Positions 13,900 through 28,487 of a DNA stretch of 64,000 bases are shown piece after piece (positions within the stretch are counted from its first letter, which is position 1; each line of letters opens with the position of its first letter). The stretch is from the human T2T-CHM13v2.0 reference genome, Homo sapiens. The stretch lies in NCBI RefSeq assembly GCF_009914755.1, contig NC_060945.1; one strand, written 5' to 3'. The position numbers and the translations under genes are program-made. The notes beneath the pieces were generated by a model. That model made no database searches and was not told where the DNA came from. It saw only the letters and a list, made by a program, of their open reading frames with translations.

Positions 13900-14125
13900 G
13901 CAGTTAGGAGCATGGGATTTCCCATAGCATTTGAATCCTGGCTCTGTAGTTATCACTAAGTAACCTTGCAGACTCACTCTAAGCCTTCTGTGTCTCAGTT
14001 TTTAAATCTCTAAATCAGAGGTCATTGTAACATTTACCTTAAAGTATTGCTGTAAGAACTGAATGAGTGATAAAGCTCTATATAAATTAGAGAATGTGGC
14101 TGGCATTTTGTAAGCATTACATTAC
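13900..14125 (+). mobile_element. MIR
   Basis: 'ttgaatcctggctctg...ttctgtgtctcagtttttaaatctctaaatcagagg...ttgctgtaagaactgaatgag'. Confidence 0.7.
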
Positions 14126-14131
14126 GTAAGT

Positions 14132-14528
14132 ACAGATAGCCCCCAACTTAACTATAGTTCAATTTATGTTTAATTAAAGGATACTGTGAAAGCAATATGT
14201 ATTTAGTAAAACTATACTTGAAATTTTATATTTTGATCTTTTCCCAGGCTAGTGATATGCAGTATGATGCTCTCTCCAGATGCTAGGCAGTCAGCCAGCA
14301 AATCAGTAGGATAAACAACCGACGTTCTTCAGCGTACCGTGTTGTCAGATGATTCTGCCCAGCTGCAGGCTAATGTAAGTGTCCTGAGGATGTTCAAGGT
14401 AGGCTAGTCTATGCTATGATTGATGTTCAGTAGTTTAGGTATAGTAAATGCACTTTCAACTTAGAATACTTTCAATTTATCATGAGTTTATAGGGACATA
14501 ACCCTATCATGAGTTGAGGAGCGTCTAT
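14132..14528 (-). mobile_element. MER47/Tigger5-type DNA transposon
   Basis: Termini 'cagatagcccccaactta' and 'gagttgaggagcgtcta'; internal 'aggctaatgtaagtgtcctgaggatgttcaaggtaggctag'. Confidence 0.8.
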
Positions 14529-15578
14529 ATTTAGATGAATAGATAGATAAAGAGGAATTGGGGGATTATTGCCTCTTATACAAGTTCAAATTCACTTGGG
14601 AAAATGGGGGAAGTTGATGGGTTTTTAAGTACAACACTCTGAGAGAACACAGAAAGAATAAGCAAGAAACTTGACCCAAAAAAGAGATAGTGAATCTTTA
14701 ACACACTTCAGGACTCAGGGCACCACCCAGGTCTAAGGTAACTTGCAGGAATATGACATGGGTATAACTTTCAAGAGCTTTGAATTTATTTCTTAAAAGA
14801 GCTCAACATAAAATCAAAGTGAGAGCAAGAATATTTTAGCTTCCTTCTCTGTTCTCTTTATCTTTTACTCCATGTTTCATATATTAACAAACCCTGTTGA
14901 TACTAACTTTAAAATATTTTGAAAATGTGTCCATATATGATTACTTTCATTTATACTACATACTCCATGACATCATCACATTTATGTCAATTGTCTCCTA
15001 ATTTGTCTCCCCGTTCTGCCCTTGCTCTCTATTCAGTATATTTTCTCCAAGTAACAAGAAATCTTCAGTTAAGGCAGAAGTCATGTCTCTCAAAACCATC
15101 CATTGGTTTCCTGTTTCAGTCACCATAACAGTCAAAGTCCTTAGAATTGTATATGAAGCACTCTGTGCTTACCTCTTTATTACACTTTTTTTTGTTTCTT
15201 TTTTAAAAATTTTTTTTAACTTCTTTATTTCAATAGGTGATTGGGGAACAGGTGGTGTTTGTTTACATGAATAAGTTCTTTAGTGCTGATTTCCGAGATT
15301 TCAGTGCACCCATCACCCAAGCAGTGTACACTGTACTCAATGTGTGGTCTTCTATCCCTCAGCCCTACTCCCACCCTTTCCCCCAAGTCCCCAACGTCCA
15401 TCGTATCATTCTTATGCCTTTGCATCCTCATAGCTTAGCTCCCACTTGTAAGTGAGAACATACAAGGTTTGATTTTCCATTCCTTCACTTAGAACAATAG
15501 TCTCCAATTCCATCCAGGATACTGTAAATGCCATTATTTCGTTCCTTTTTATGGCTAAGTAGTAGTCCATGGTGTGAT

Positions 15579-15580
<2 letters not shown>

Positions 15581-15622
<42 letters not shown>
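15581..15622. repeat. (AT)n microsatellite
   Basis: Pure AT run of about 21 units. Confidence 0.95.
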
Positions 15623-15625
<3 letters not shown>

Positions 15626-15843
15626 ATTTTCTTATCTACTCATTGATTTATGGGCTTTTAGTCGGGTTCCATATTTTTGCAATTGCAAATTTTGTTGCTG
15701 TAAACATGCATGTGCATGTATCTTTTTTCATATGATGACTTCTTTTTCTCTGGGTAGATACCCAGTAGTGGGATTGCTGGATTAAATGGTAGATCTATGT
15801 TTAGTTATTTAGGGACTCCCCACACTGTTACTCATAGTGGTCG

Positions 15844-16732
15844 TGTTTTAGTTTCAGCAATGCACCAAGATTGTCTTGTGCTCAGACAACCAAGCAGTCT
15901 CTTGTTGTCTGACGTAATACCTGGAGTTCTTTGTCCTACCTCCAAGAACATTAAGGAGAGCAGAGACAAAAGTGAGGTTCGAGCAAAAGTTTTGATAAGC
16001 AAAAGAAGAAAGCTCTCTGCCAGCGGAGGGGGGAGCCGGAAGGGGGTGCCCCCTCTGAGGCTAGGGTCCAGGGTTTTTATGGACTGGGAAGGGGAATAAA
16101 TGTGCTCAGTCCATAGACTGTCTTAGAGAATGCGTGATTCAGCTTGGCCCAGGACCTTGGTCTGGGACCAATTAGAAAGCTTGGCCCAGGACCAATCAGG
16201 GGCTGAAGCGATGATGTATGGAGGCTACTCAGCTTGCCTCAGGACCTGTCAGGAGCTGAAGTAAAAGCTTGTCCTGAGACCTTGGTCCAGGACCAATCAG
16301 GGGCTGAAGCGATGATTCATAGAGGCCGGGCTCACAATCAAAAAAAAGAAAGGAGAGTGCCCACTGGAACCCACTGGAGCCCACTGTGGCCATGCCCACA
16401 AAAAGAGAAGAAACTTTTTCCTGGGAGCCCACTGATTATACAAGGGACAAAGGCATTTCTACGCTGGGCCTTGTTTTTTTTTTTTTTAATCTGAGTGAGC
16501 CAGAGGTTTGTGCAAGTGTTTATCCAAATGGGCCGGAGGTTTTTCTATCTGTGCAGCCGTAGCCATGTCTCTAGGCATAGCACCATGTGCTAGTTCCCTT
16601 ATGGTGTCTGCAGCTTGATTTTTTTCCCGGGCTGCTTTTTATGTTATGTGAGGATGAGGCACTGACCTATGGGCCAGGGGCTCTCTGGGGACCCTTCTTT
16701 GCTATCTACCTAAGGCAAGCTAACTCCTTTCA
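15844..16732 (-). mobile_element. ERV1 solo LTR (MER50/MER48-like) inserted in L1PB
   Basis: TG...CA ends and a TSD gtcg/gttg. The L1 is continuous across it (catagtg|gttgtactagtttacattccc). Contains tandem 'ggaccaatcaggggctgaagcgatgat' repeats. The exact family is uncertain. Confidence 0.8.
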
Positions 16733-18597
16733 GTTGTACTAGTTTACATTCCCAGCAACATTGTAAACGTCTTCCCTTTTGATCACATCTGTGCCAACAT
16801 CGATTTTTTTTTAATTTTTTGATTATAGCCATTCGTACAGGAGTAAGGTGGTATCGCATTGTGGTTTTGATTTGAATTTCCCTGAGAATTAGTGATACTG
16901 AACATTTTCCCATATGCTTGTTGGACATTTGTGTATCTTCTTTTGAAAAATGTCTATTCATGTCCTTGCCTACTTTTTGATGAGATTGTTTGTTTTGATG
17001 ATTTGTTTGAGTTCTTTGTAGATTCTGGATGTTAGTCCTTTGTCAGATGTATAGATTGTGAAGATTATTCTCCCACTCTGTAGGTTGTGTGTTAACTCTG
17101 CTGATTATTTCTGTTATTCTGCAGAAGCTTTTTAGTTTAATCAAGTCCCATCTATTTATCTTTGTTTTTGTTGCATTTGCTTTTAGGTTCTGGGTCATAA
17201 AATCTTGGCCTAAGCCAAGGTCTAGAAGGGTTTTTCTGATGTTATCTTCTAGAATGTTTATGGTTTCAGGTCTTAGATTTAAGTCTTTGATCAATTTTGA
17301 GTTGAGAGATGAGGATCCAGTTTCATTCTACATGTAGCTTGCCAATTATCCCAGCATCATTTGTTGAATAGAGTGTCCTTTCTCCACTTTATGTTTTTGT
17401 TTTCTTTGTTGAAGATCTGTTGGCTGTATTTGGCATTGTTTCTGGGTTCTTTATTCTGTTCCATTGGACTATGTGTCTATTTTTATACCAATACCATGAT
17501 GTTTTGGTGACTATGGCCTTATAGTATAGTTTTAAGTTGGGTAGTGTGATGCCTCCAGATTTATTCTTTTTGGTTAGTCTTGCTTTGGCTATGTGGGCTA
17601 TTTTTGGTTCCATATGAATTTTAGGATTGTTTTTTCTAGTTCTGCAAGAATGGTGGTGGCATTTTGATGAGAATTGCATTGAATTTGTAGATTGCTTTTG
17701 ACAATATGGCCATTTTCACAATATTGATTCTACCCATCCATGAACATAGGATGTGTTTCCATTTGTTTGTGTCATCTATAATTTCTTTCAGCAATGTTTT
17801 GTAGTTTGCCTTGTAGAGAGGTCTTTCGCCTCCTTTGTTGGGTATATTCCTAGGTATTTAATTTAATTTAATTTAATTTTTTGCAGCTATTGTAAAAGAG
17901 GTTGAGTTATTCATTTGATTCTCAGCTTGCTCACTGTAGGCGTATAGCAGAACTACTGATTTGTGTACATTAATTTTGTATCCTGAAACTTTCCTGAGTT
18001 CATTTACCAGCTTTAGGAGCTTTTTGGATGAGTCTTTAGGGTTTTCTAGGTATGTGATCATAACCAACAGCAAACAGCGACAGTTTAACTTCCTCTTTAT
18101 TATACTTTCTAGTATTCTCTCCTTTCCTTATTTTCATAGAAGCTGCAATGGTTCCATGCTTGTACCCAACAGACACATGGGTGACTCATGGCTTTGCTCT
18201 TCTTCCTTATACATGAAAACTCTCCCCCCAACATAGCCATGCGGCTCCAAGGTACACCTCCTCAGGATCTTTGCTAAACTTTCTTCTTTAGTAAACCCTT
18301 TTCTTGACCCTGTAAGATAAGAAGTTCTCATCTGTTATGGTCTAGATTGACAACATATCAAGGCATGTATAATAGGTAAATGCTTCTCAAACAGCCTGAG
18401 GCTTGTTTAATTTGGGCTGTGTTTTTCCTGTGATTAATATGTATTTCATTCAACTATATATGAATATCTTATATAAAACAGTATAATGTATAACAATTCT
18501 GAGGACAGTGCTTTTATGGAATAAAACATTCAATTTTTTTAGTTTTCTGAGCCTAACTTGGTATTTGGAGTTAGAAAAGAAGTGGAGGTATTCCATC

Positions 18598-18896
18598 TTT
18601 TTTTGTTTGTTTTGTTTTGTGAGACAGAGTTTCGCTCTTTCACCCAGGATAGAGTGCAGTGGCACGATCTTGGCTCACTGCAACGTCCTCCTTCTGGTTT
18701 CAAGCGATTCTCCTGCCTCAGCTTCCCGGCTGGGATTACAGGTGCCCACCACCACGCCTGGCCAATTTTTATATCTTTAGTAGAGACGCAGTTTCACCAT
18801 GTTGGCCAGGCTGGTCTCGAACTCCTGACCTCATGATCTGCCTGTCTCGGCCTCCCAAAGTGCTGAGATTACAGGCGTGAGCCACCGCACTGGGCC
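18598..18896 (-). mobile_element. AluS (AluSg-like)
   Basis: Full-length with TSD gagg(t/c)attccatc; contains 'ctcctgacctcatgatc'. Confidence 0.92.
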
Positions 18897-20899
18897 AGAG
18901 GCATTCCATCATTTAGGGGTTTCTCTTCTTCAAGTATACTTCCCTTCCTGGTAGCCCTCTACAAAGAGTCAGACGTCCTAAAGAATCATTTTCTCCTTTC
19001 CAAAAACAACTCGTCTCTAGAACACTTGGTCAGTGCCCACTTAGTATACAGCATATTGTAGATTGAGTTCATAAACCTGCTTTGCCAGAATGTGCTGTCA
19101 GCATTCTTTGCATCAGAAGACCAAACTTAGATTTGTTATGTTCGGAAAGAGAATAATATATCATAAATTTAAAATACTGATAATTCTCTATAGAACATGT
19201 TTATGTACAAAATATAGGCAAAATTCTTATCTGTTAAAAGGGTGATTACTATATGATCACAATATTCTTCGATAATATGATCAGATTTGTCTTCTCAAAA
19301 TGTCATAAAGTAATATTTCAAAAAGCATTCTCAAAACAGGTAGGCCACAGTCTGCTAAATAAAAGGAAAAGAAACCAGTGTATATTCATTAACAAGTAGG
19401 TATTCCTTGAATGAATATATTTTTGGCTTTTTACTCTTTTTAGTGTTGCTTTTGCTTCTCTGGACACTTCCCCCTATAAAATGATTAGTTGCCATGCTCA
19501 GATGTCATGTGTTGAATCTGAGACAAGAGTTGCCAAAGTATATTGAAATAGAATCAGACATTCAAAAAGACCAGCCACCTCTTTAGTGATAGCTCCAAGA
19601 CACTATTATTTTGATACTGAATTTTCTGCATCCACCCAAGATAAAAATGTTTAAACCTATGTTAATAATGTAACTTAAACATTAAGAATTGTTTTGGAAT
19701 GCCAATTCATCTCCTTTATGTGCATCGAAGAGATTAAGTTACCTAAGATGCTTTATTTTGGAGGATACAAATATGCTGATTGCAGCAGAATCTGCCCTGG
19801 AAAGAATGTAAATAACATAGTGAATGGTGAACTCAGTGCACTGCATTTATCTTCTAGATTCATTATCAAAGTGTCCTTTGAGTTTAACTTTTTTCATTTA
19901 AAAAATGAAGACCAATACACTAAGGAAGCATTTTGTTTTCAGAAGTGATACATTGGACAATTCTTATGTAGGAATTAATTAAGTAAAATGTCTTCAAGTG
20001 AACAATTGGTTCAATCACCAGATGAATTCAGAAATGTTTCTCTGAAGGCAGACCTATTATATTTTCACCTTTAGGCACCAGGGGGTAACATGTCTTATTA
20101 ATGCCTATATTAAAATTGATCTGCTTCCATAGGTATAGTACCAAATAGACAGCTCATCAAATAAAATGAATGCTTTTAAAAGGATTTTATACATAGTTAT
20201 GCATTTTCAAAAAACAAATTTCCATTTTGATGCAGGAAAATGAGGAAATTTAAATACACTGAATCATTTTGCTAGCTAGAAGACAGCAATTTAAATCATT
20301 ATTATTGGGAAAATACCAGATATGATTATATTATAAAAAGCTACTTAGCAAATAGCATCAGTTATACATTATAAGGATGAATTTTATGTGATTTTCCTTA
20401 TAGAGATCGTGCTTTTTTTCTATAGATAAATGCAATATTAAGGTTGGAAATTTGACTTACCCAGCATGTATTGTTTAAAGAGATAGATTCGTGCGTTCCA
20501 AATCCAATTTAAATAATGCATAAATTGTAACACTAACAGATAAGCTTGGTTTTCCTAAAATATCAGGATCAAGCAGACAAACCCTGTCTGGTTGTAACTT
20601 GATCAGTCATCTCTATGCTGTGGCTTGTATTCATCTGCTGGAGACATCTATGTGATATCCTCAAATAATTACAGACGTTTGTAGAAATTACATAGACTGT
20701 ACACCAGAAAAAGGCAGTGTTCATAATTTGTTAACTGACGAATAAGATAAAATCTCAGACTCTTCATCGTTCTTGACAATTTTGGCAGTGGACATGTGAT
20801 AGTGACAGATGTGTTCTGAAGAAGAGAACTAAGGTCCTTGAGGACGGATTGAGAGGATTTGAGGGAAGCCTGTGTAAGTTATGGTGAAAATGACAAATT

Positions 20900-21740
20900 G
20901 TATGGTCAACAGCTCTATAAGTGGTCCTCCATTTTATTGCCTATAATCAAGGATGAATTGGATGGGTGATTGCAGAATAAAATACTGAATAGCATCTGGT
21001 TATTACTAACTCCTCTGGGGAGGGAGAGTTACTCATTAACTGGCAGGCAGCCTCTGGTCCACCTCACTTTAACAACTAGTATTAAATCTGTGCAAGGTGG
21101 ATAGAAAATCTAAATTCTTACAAGGTGGATAGAAAATCTAAATCCATTACTGGGTATATACCCAAAGGACTATAAATCATGCTGCTATAAAGACACATGC
21201 ACACGTATGTTTATTGCGGCACTATTCACAATAGCAAAGACTTGGAACCAACCCAAATGTCCAACAATGATAGACTGCATTAAGAAAATGTGGCACATAT
21301 ACACCATGGAATACTATGCAGTCATAAAAAAGGATGAGTTCATGTCCTTTGTAGGGACATGGATGAAATTGGAAATCATCATTCTCAGTAAACTATCGCA
21401 AGGACAAAAAACCAAACACCACATGTTCTCACTCGTAGGTGGGAATTGAACAGTGAGAACACATGGACACAGGAAGGGGAACATCACACTCTGGGGACTG
21501 TTGTGGGGTGGGGGGAGGGGGAGGGATAGCATTAGGAGATATACCTAATGCTAAATGACGAGTTAATGAGTGCAGCACAGCAGCATGGCACATGTATACA
21601 TATGTAACTAACCTGCACATTGTGCACATGTACCCTAAAACTTAAAGTATAATAATAATAAAATAAAATAAAAAAAGAAAATCTAAATTCTTTTCAGATG
21701 CAGTTTACAGAGATGCACACCAACTCTGGACAGAAAAAGA
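20900..21740 (+). mobile_element. Possible very old CR1/L3 RT remnant split by L1PA3
   Basis: Only weak resemblance of 'ctctggtccacctcactttaacaac...attaaatctg...tttacagagatgcacaccaactctgga' to the CR1 RT region. Confidence 0.25.
21142..21676 (+). mobile_element. L1PA3-like 5'-truncated insertion
   Basis: ORF2 C-terminus (MFIAALFTIAKTWNQPKCP...), G-rich 3'UTR, 'gcattaggagatatacctaatgctaaatgacgag' (not the L1HS ACA variant), and a polyA tail. TSD agaaaatctaaattctt (21103-21119 and 21676-21692). Confidence 0.95.
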
Positions 21741-24017
21741 AGTAATTTACAACTACTCTGTGCAGAAAACAGGCAAATTATTAAATTTCCACTGGTTCTC
21801 TTTGGAAAAGTAAAGGGTGTAATGCTTATAAAGGAAAAATGGCAATAGCTGGGACATCTTAGGGCTTAGACCTTCCTACACTTCTTAGAGTTGTTGGGAT
21901 GAGACAGTAAAAGATCTCAGACTGCCTGTACAGTAGGTCTTAACTGTAATAATGGATCTTTGGCTCTCTAGGAGATAGTTCCTTCAAAGAGATGAATTCC
22001 CATGGGAAAAAAATATCAATGAAACGTTAACTAGTACCAAGGTTTTTATAGCCTTAGATTGGGTTTACGTAGCTGTGACTTCATCCCGCTGCAGAATGTG
22101 AAACAAACAATCTAGGTATATTTTTTTGTGTTTATCCTTGTGTGCCATGGAAAACTTCACTAGATACTATGTAGAGAACTGGGAAGAATTATAGAGATGT
22201 TATCTTAGTAATGGTGCAGGAGATGCTGTGGATTTAGGTGTACTCCTTAAAGGAGTCATGGTTGTGTGAGTCAAACTTGAATCATTCAGAGGGAGAACAT
22301 CCACTGGCCCCAACCCAGAAAGCAGTGTGACTGGCACTGTTGAGAGAAGGGATTCTCAAAACTGCCATAGATAGTGTCAGTCATGATATTCTCACAGCCT
22401 GATGGACCAGACACATTTAAAGTCTGTTTGATTGAGGCATTGGAAACTGAAAGCAAATGTACCTTGCCTGTTAGCTGCAAGCCACTCTCTACTGATGTGA
22501 TCATCTTCTACCCTAGCCTCAGATGCTTTAAGAAAGATGAATAGAACTGGGACCAAGATGCCTCTGTCTCCAAAGAAAAATTAAAATGACATGCACACAT
22601 TCAAGTTTGCAGGGAAACTTTGACCCTGGAATCTAGAACCCTGTAGGTAAGCTACAGCAGACCACTGAATGTGCTACACTGTGAAACATTTCAGTGAATT
22701 ATGTATGAGTATTTATGCAAATGCATGTCTGGGGCAATATATAATATAGCCCATTTTCCATGCTGGTTATGTGACGTGTTGAGTACAAGTTGTAGGAAGG
22801 ACCTTTCAAAGCTTCTTTCTACCCTAATTATCTTATTAACTTTGCCTCAGTTCCCAATTCCTAAGCACCATGATACCTATCTTCCTTTAATCTTTCTTCT
22901 CACTATGTATTTTCCAGGATTGAGACTATGTTATAATTCTCTAGTTTCAACCCTTTCTTAAGTGATGTAGGTATTTTTCATGGCATTTTGCCTGTCCAAG
23001 TATTTAGCTGATGCTTAACCCATTGACTTGACATATCCTTGCTCACATAAAGATATAGACAGAGTCTTCTACTACTACCCGTCTCTTTCCCCACGGAACA
23101 GTTCCTCTGTACATCCCCTTAGGTAAAATGATCAAAATATGAGAAGGAGAGACAAAGTGTGGTTAGCATGAGTAAACCACATTAATACAGAGAGAACATT
23201 TGACTGCGTCAATTTTGCTCTATATGCTTTTTGTAAGTATATTTACCAGCCTTGTTGAGACCAAAATTTGGGCCAAAAATATAAGTACCTGGCTGTTAAA
23301 GCTGAGAGGGAACTATGTAGCATAATTATAACACTCTGAAAAGAAAAAATTTGAAGATGCTCATTTTGATTATGTTTAAAAACTCCAATCATGGATATAA
23401 AATTCCTAATTTGCCTACCGGATGAACAAGTAGTACATCCTTGTATTTGTATAGCATCTGTTTCCATGGAATATAAGTAGTAAATGTTAGCTACAGAATA
23501 TATATATGCAGATTTGAGTATAAAAAATATCTTTTACAAATAACATTTTATTTCCATTTTAGTAATAGCCCCAAACTCAGTCAGAAGTGCAACAGTATTT
23601 TGGCTGAGGGCCTGTTTGTTGTAGGAAAACAGGGCTATTTTCCTCCTATTCATAACATGCTTTTTCTTCTATTCAATTCACAGTGTGTTTCATTTTTAGG
23701 AAAATTCATTTTGGAGAATTTTCCTTATTCTCCATTGCTTCACTATATCAATCTATGTGAATGACATTGATTTCTTAGGGGGAAACACTTCCCATCAAGG
23801 TACATTTGGTTTACACATAACCAGCAGAAGCAGAAAGGAAAAAAAAACAGTCTGATGATATTTAGAAGTAAACAAACTTTACTTAATTTACAGGAACCCC
23901 TACTTAGTTTAATGTGACAGACAATAATGAGGAAAAATATTCTTGTTCATTGTCAGCTCGTTTAGATGTATCTGCGTTGAATTTCAGAAATGAACATACT
24001 TTAGGCTCTAAGTGTAA

Positions 24018-24453
<436 letters not shown>

Positions 24454-25209
24454 TAAACTTCATTTTTAATGGCCCGCATAAGTGACTCTTTCTTCCCAGA
24501 CCATTAAAAATAGTAATAATAGGGAAATAGAAGCAAGAAAGGAGGTCATTCATAAGTTAAAAATTAAATAAAAATGAAATACATCCCTGAAAAAAAAATG
24601 CTGGGAAACACAGAGACTTTGAAGACTAAAAAAAAAACAGCTTCCTCTTTCTCTTGAAGTATTATCTCTTGAATTTGCCTACCATTCATCTGATAGCACC
24701 CAAGGATTTTTTTCTAAAATATGAAAGTTTCAGTAGTATTGAAGCACTACCCTAACTCTCAATGTTTTAGAAAATAAACGAGGATTGATTTCTTCTTCTA
24801 AGTTACCTTAAAAAAAAGAAAAATTGATAAACCAAGAGGATTGAGTTGAGGCATAAAGAGATTTCAAGAAACACTAACTCAGTCTTACCAGAGTCATTAG
24901 CAGATTTCTTCTTTTTTTTTTTTTAATTTGGGTAACTGCTTGTCCCTGGTAGAGTTGGGTACAGCTACATTCTATTGCAACAACAAATGCAAGGACAAAC
25001 ATGGTGATTAAGGTAAAAACATAGAACTCAGAGTTTGCTGGTGCATTGTCTTCACAGAGCAATAGTTACTACAAACCTATCACCATCGGTTATATCATCA
25101 AAAGATCACAAGTGATTACAGGTAAAGTTCTCATCGATAAAGGCAATAACATGAGTTCAAATATGGGTCAGATATCAGAGAGATTCCATATCAACAAAAA
25201 AAAATAATA

Positions 25210-25900
25210 TGTGGTGACTTTAGAATATGATTGCAAATTACTTGACAGTCTTCTCATTAAGACTGTCATCTCCTAAAATCTGGTGGGCTAGTACTATTTC
25301 AACCATTTGAGTATAACTGAAGTTATGCCGGATGATTGTTTTAGTTGACTATGGTATTGCCATAATATAATACCACAGAGTGGATGGCTTAAACAACAGA
25401 AATTTATTTTTTCTTTTAGTTCTGGAGGCTAGAACTCCAAAATAAGTTGCCAGCAGATTTGGCTTTTCCAGAGGTTTCTCTCCTTGGTTGCAGACAGCTG
25501 CTTCTTTCTTTCTGTGTCTTTCTTTGGCCTTTCCTTGGTATTTGTCCTTCCCTAGTGTCTCTTCTTCCTATAAAGACATCACTCATAGTGGATTAGGACC
25601 CCACCATTAGGTTCTGGTTTAACCTTAATTACTTCTTTAAAGGTGCTATTTCCAAATGCAGTCATATTGAGTGTTAGGGCTTCAACATATAAATTGGTTG
25701 GGGGCAGAGAGGTGCACTTCAGCTCTTAACAATGACTTTTGAAGCTAGGTTATAACAGATTGCACGACCTCCAATTTTAATGCTGGAAAATTTAATTTCA
25801 TAGCCTTGAGTTGTCATTTAAAATATTAAAGTACCTTGAGACTACATGCTGTGAAAAAACAAAAGTTGTCTGTGGGGGGCAATGCAGAGAGCAGCCATTC
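25210..25900 (+). mobile_element. Old MLT1(G/H)-type LTR interrupted by a younger MLT1
   Basis: 'atgattgcaaattacttgaca...gaagttatgccggatga' resumes as 'cttttgaagctaggttataa'. Confidence 0.55.
25337..25731 (-). mobile_element. MLT1A/B-type LTR
   Basis: 'ataccacagagtggatggcttaaacaacagaaatttatt...ttctggaggctag...ttagggcttcaacatat'; 5-bp TSD atga(t/c). Confidence 0.85.
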
Positions 25901-26586
25901 CATGTTTTAAATGAGACTTGAAGTATACATACAGATACATAGATAGGTTCCATGGATGTGAATATGTTGCATCATCAAGTTATTGACTTTTTACTTTCTA
26001 CCCCTTGGGACTATAGTTGCAGTGTCTGGATCAGAGAATAATGTAATATTGAATTTGAAAGTGAATGTACGAAGAAATGAACATGTGAATGCTGGAATGT
26101 CCCAAGACTTGGTTCTCAGTCTCTTCTCAATGTACAAGTGTATCTCATTATTATTCCCAGTTATTTAAGTTGTGGCAGATTACATAACTGGAGGCAATTA
26201 AGCCAAATTTGAACACATCTGTAGGATCTCAAAGCTCACTGTCTAATGCATGTATCGATAATCTCTCATTTTCAAGTATATCTCCAAATGGACATATAAA
26301 AATAATATATTTATGTAACTACTGTAAAATATATGTGACTTTTGGAAGCAATAAGGATGATCAGAAAACACAGCTTCAAGTAGCTCCAATTGCAAGCTTT
26401 ACCACATATGATCTTTGTGGCTTTGAGCTTCTACAGACATTGCTTCTTTAATAGGCAAAATGAGACTATTAATACCTTCCTGGAAGATTGGTTAAAAAAG
26501 TTAAATGATAAACGGATTCAATATATGAGAAAACATCCTAGAGTGTGTTAAGTACCATGCACATACACTATATTTTTATTATTTTA

Positions 26587-26997
<411 letters not shown>

Positions 26998-28029
26998 TCA
27001 ACACACCTTGAAAGGTATACATGATTTATGTAGCATGCTTCCTACTTGATTAAAATTTAATTAATCAGAAATAATGAAAAACATTTCATATAATGTATAT
27101 ATGCTATATGTAACATATAGCATTTTTGTTGTAACATTTATATTTATTGAAGAAATATAATTTGAACTAACTTCAAAAGTATTTTAAGTTGCTAAGGTAT
27201 TTCTTCATTATTTAAATGTATAGGAACCACAGAAAAAATATTGGATAGTATGTTGTTTGGCTTGCTTTAATCTTTGTGAAAATTCCCAGGTATTCTTTTT
27301 TAATATGGCTAGGTTTGATTATTTTGCTTGCAAAATTTTTTCATTATAATCAGTTCCACCTTTTCTGTATCCTGACATATGGTAAATAAAATATTGTTTT
27401 TACCAAAATAGGCATATAAAATAGATATAAAAGAGTAAAGACTAGTAACATAATTGTCTTTCTCTCCAATTAAAATTTGTAAAATTAAATCATCATAGAA
27501 TTTCTAAGCACAAGCTCATATTTCATTTATTTTATGAATTACAATTTACGGAGTACTATACATGTGCAACTTTGCCTATTTAAAAGCAGGTGATTTCTAT
27601 GCGCTGTCATATTAAAATTCATATTTCTTAACCTCATTTAATAAAAAGCATTCTATGTGATGTAAGTGAATCTTTAAATAGCACAACATATTACAAGGTT
27701 ACCAATGCCAAACATTTAGGGTCAGGAGTGCAACACAACATTTCCTGATGGAATAAAGTAAGAGAAAAGTCTTCTTTTATTTTCTATCTCTGTATTTTTT
27801 TAAATCTAGAATAAGGATTTATTTTATTCCTTAACACTCATTAAGAATAATGGGCTTAGCCAAAATTGCAAGAACATAAAGGAGTCAAAATTAGTTACAT
27901 GTAAAGCATTCATCTTCCTTAAAACACTTTCAGAAGGTCAATTTCAATCTATAAAAACCAGTTAAAGATTATTCAACTATGTATAACGACTTACCCTAGA
28001 GATCAATTCACTTAAAAAAAATTGTCTTT

Positions 28030-28185
28030 TGCCGGGAACAGTGGCAACACATGTAATCCTAGCACATTGGGAAGCCAAGGTAGGAGGATTACTTGAGGCC
28101 AGGAATTTGAAACCAGCCTAGGCAACAAAGCAAGACCCTGTCACTAAAAAAAAGAAAAGAAAAGAAGAAAAGAATGAAGAAGAAA
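28030..28185 (+). mobile_element. FLAM / Alu monomer
   Basis: A single left monomer followed directly by an A/AG-rich tail. Confidence 0.8.
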
Positions 28186-28487
28186 GGTTTTTTGACCCAT
28201 ATGGGCATTTCAAAGTCTTAATACTTCCAAATCTGGCTCACAAATAATGATTTGTTTACATATATATGAAAAGTCAATATAATATGTAAATTTATATATA
28301 ATATTAAAGGAACTTGAAATGTACAATGTTTGCTGTAATTATATTTATGTTTTCTTAACAGTTCTTCTCTTGTACCTCAGTTATATCCAAATATTCAGCC
28401 TACACAGGACCTTTCTTAATTTTACCTTCCTTGAACACAACTACTCAACAGCAGCTTGTTTTAAATAAGCAGCCAAATGCACAATTA

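Larger units (their letters stand above)
15189..18095 (-). mobile_element. L1PB1-like 5'-truncated element (ORF2 C-terminal half and 3'UTR) with a nested LTR
   Basis: 3' end 'ggggaacaggtggtgtttgtttacatgaataagttctttagt'. Minus-strand ORFs match ORF2p (MNRHFSKED...MRYHLTPVRMAIIKK; YLENPKDSSKKLL). TSD cctctttatta(c/t)acttt (15172-15188 and 18092-18108). It sits within L2 remnants. Confidence 0.92.

Noticed and set aside
16710-18073. L1 ORF2p-like ORFs (also 42061-43494) as functional coding sequence
   Set aside because: They are broken by stops and frameshifts within 5'-truncated dead L1 copies.
21503-21526. G-quadruplex-forming tract
   Set aside because: It is a standard feature of the L1PA 3'UTR.
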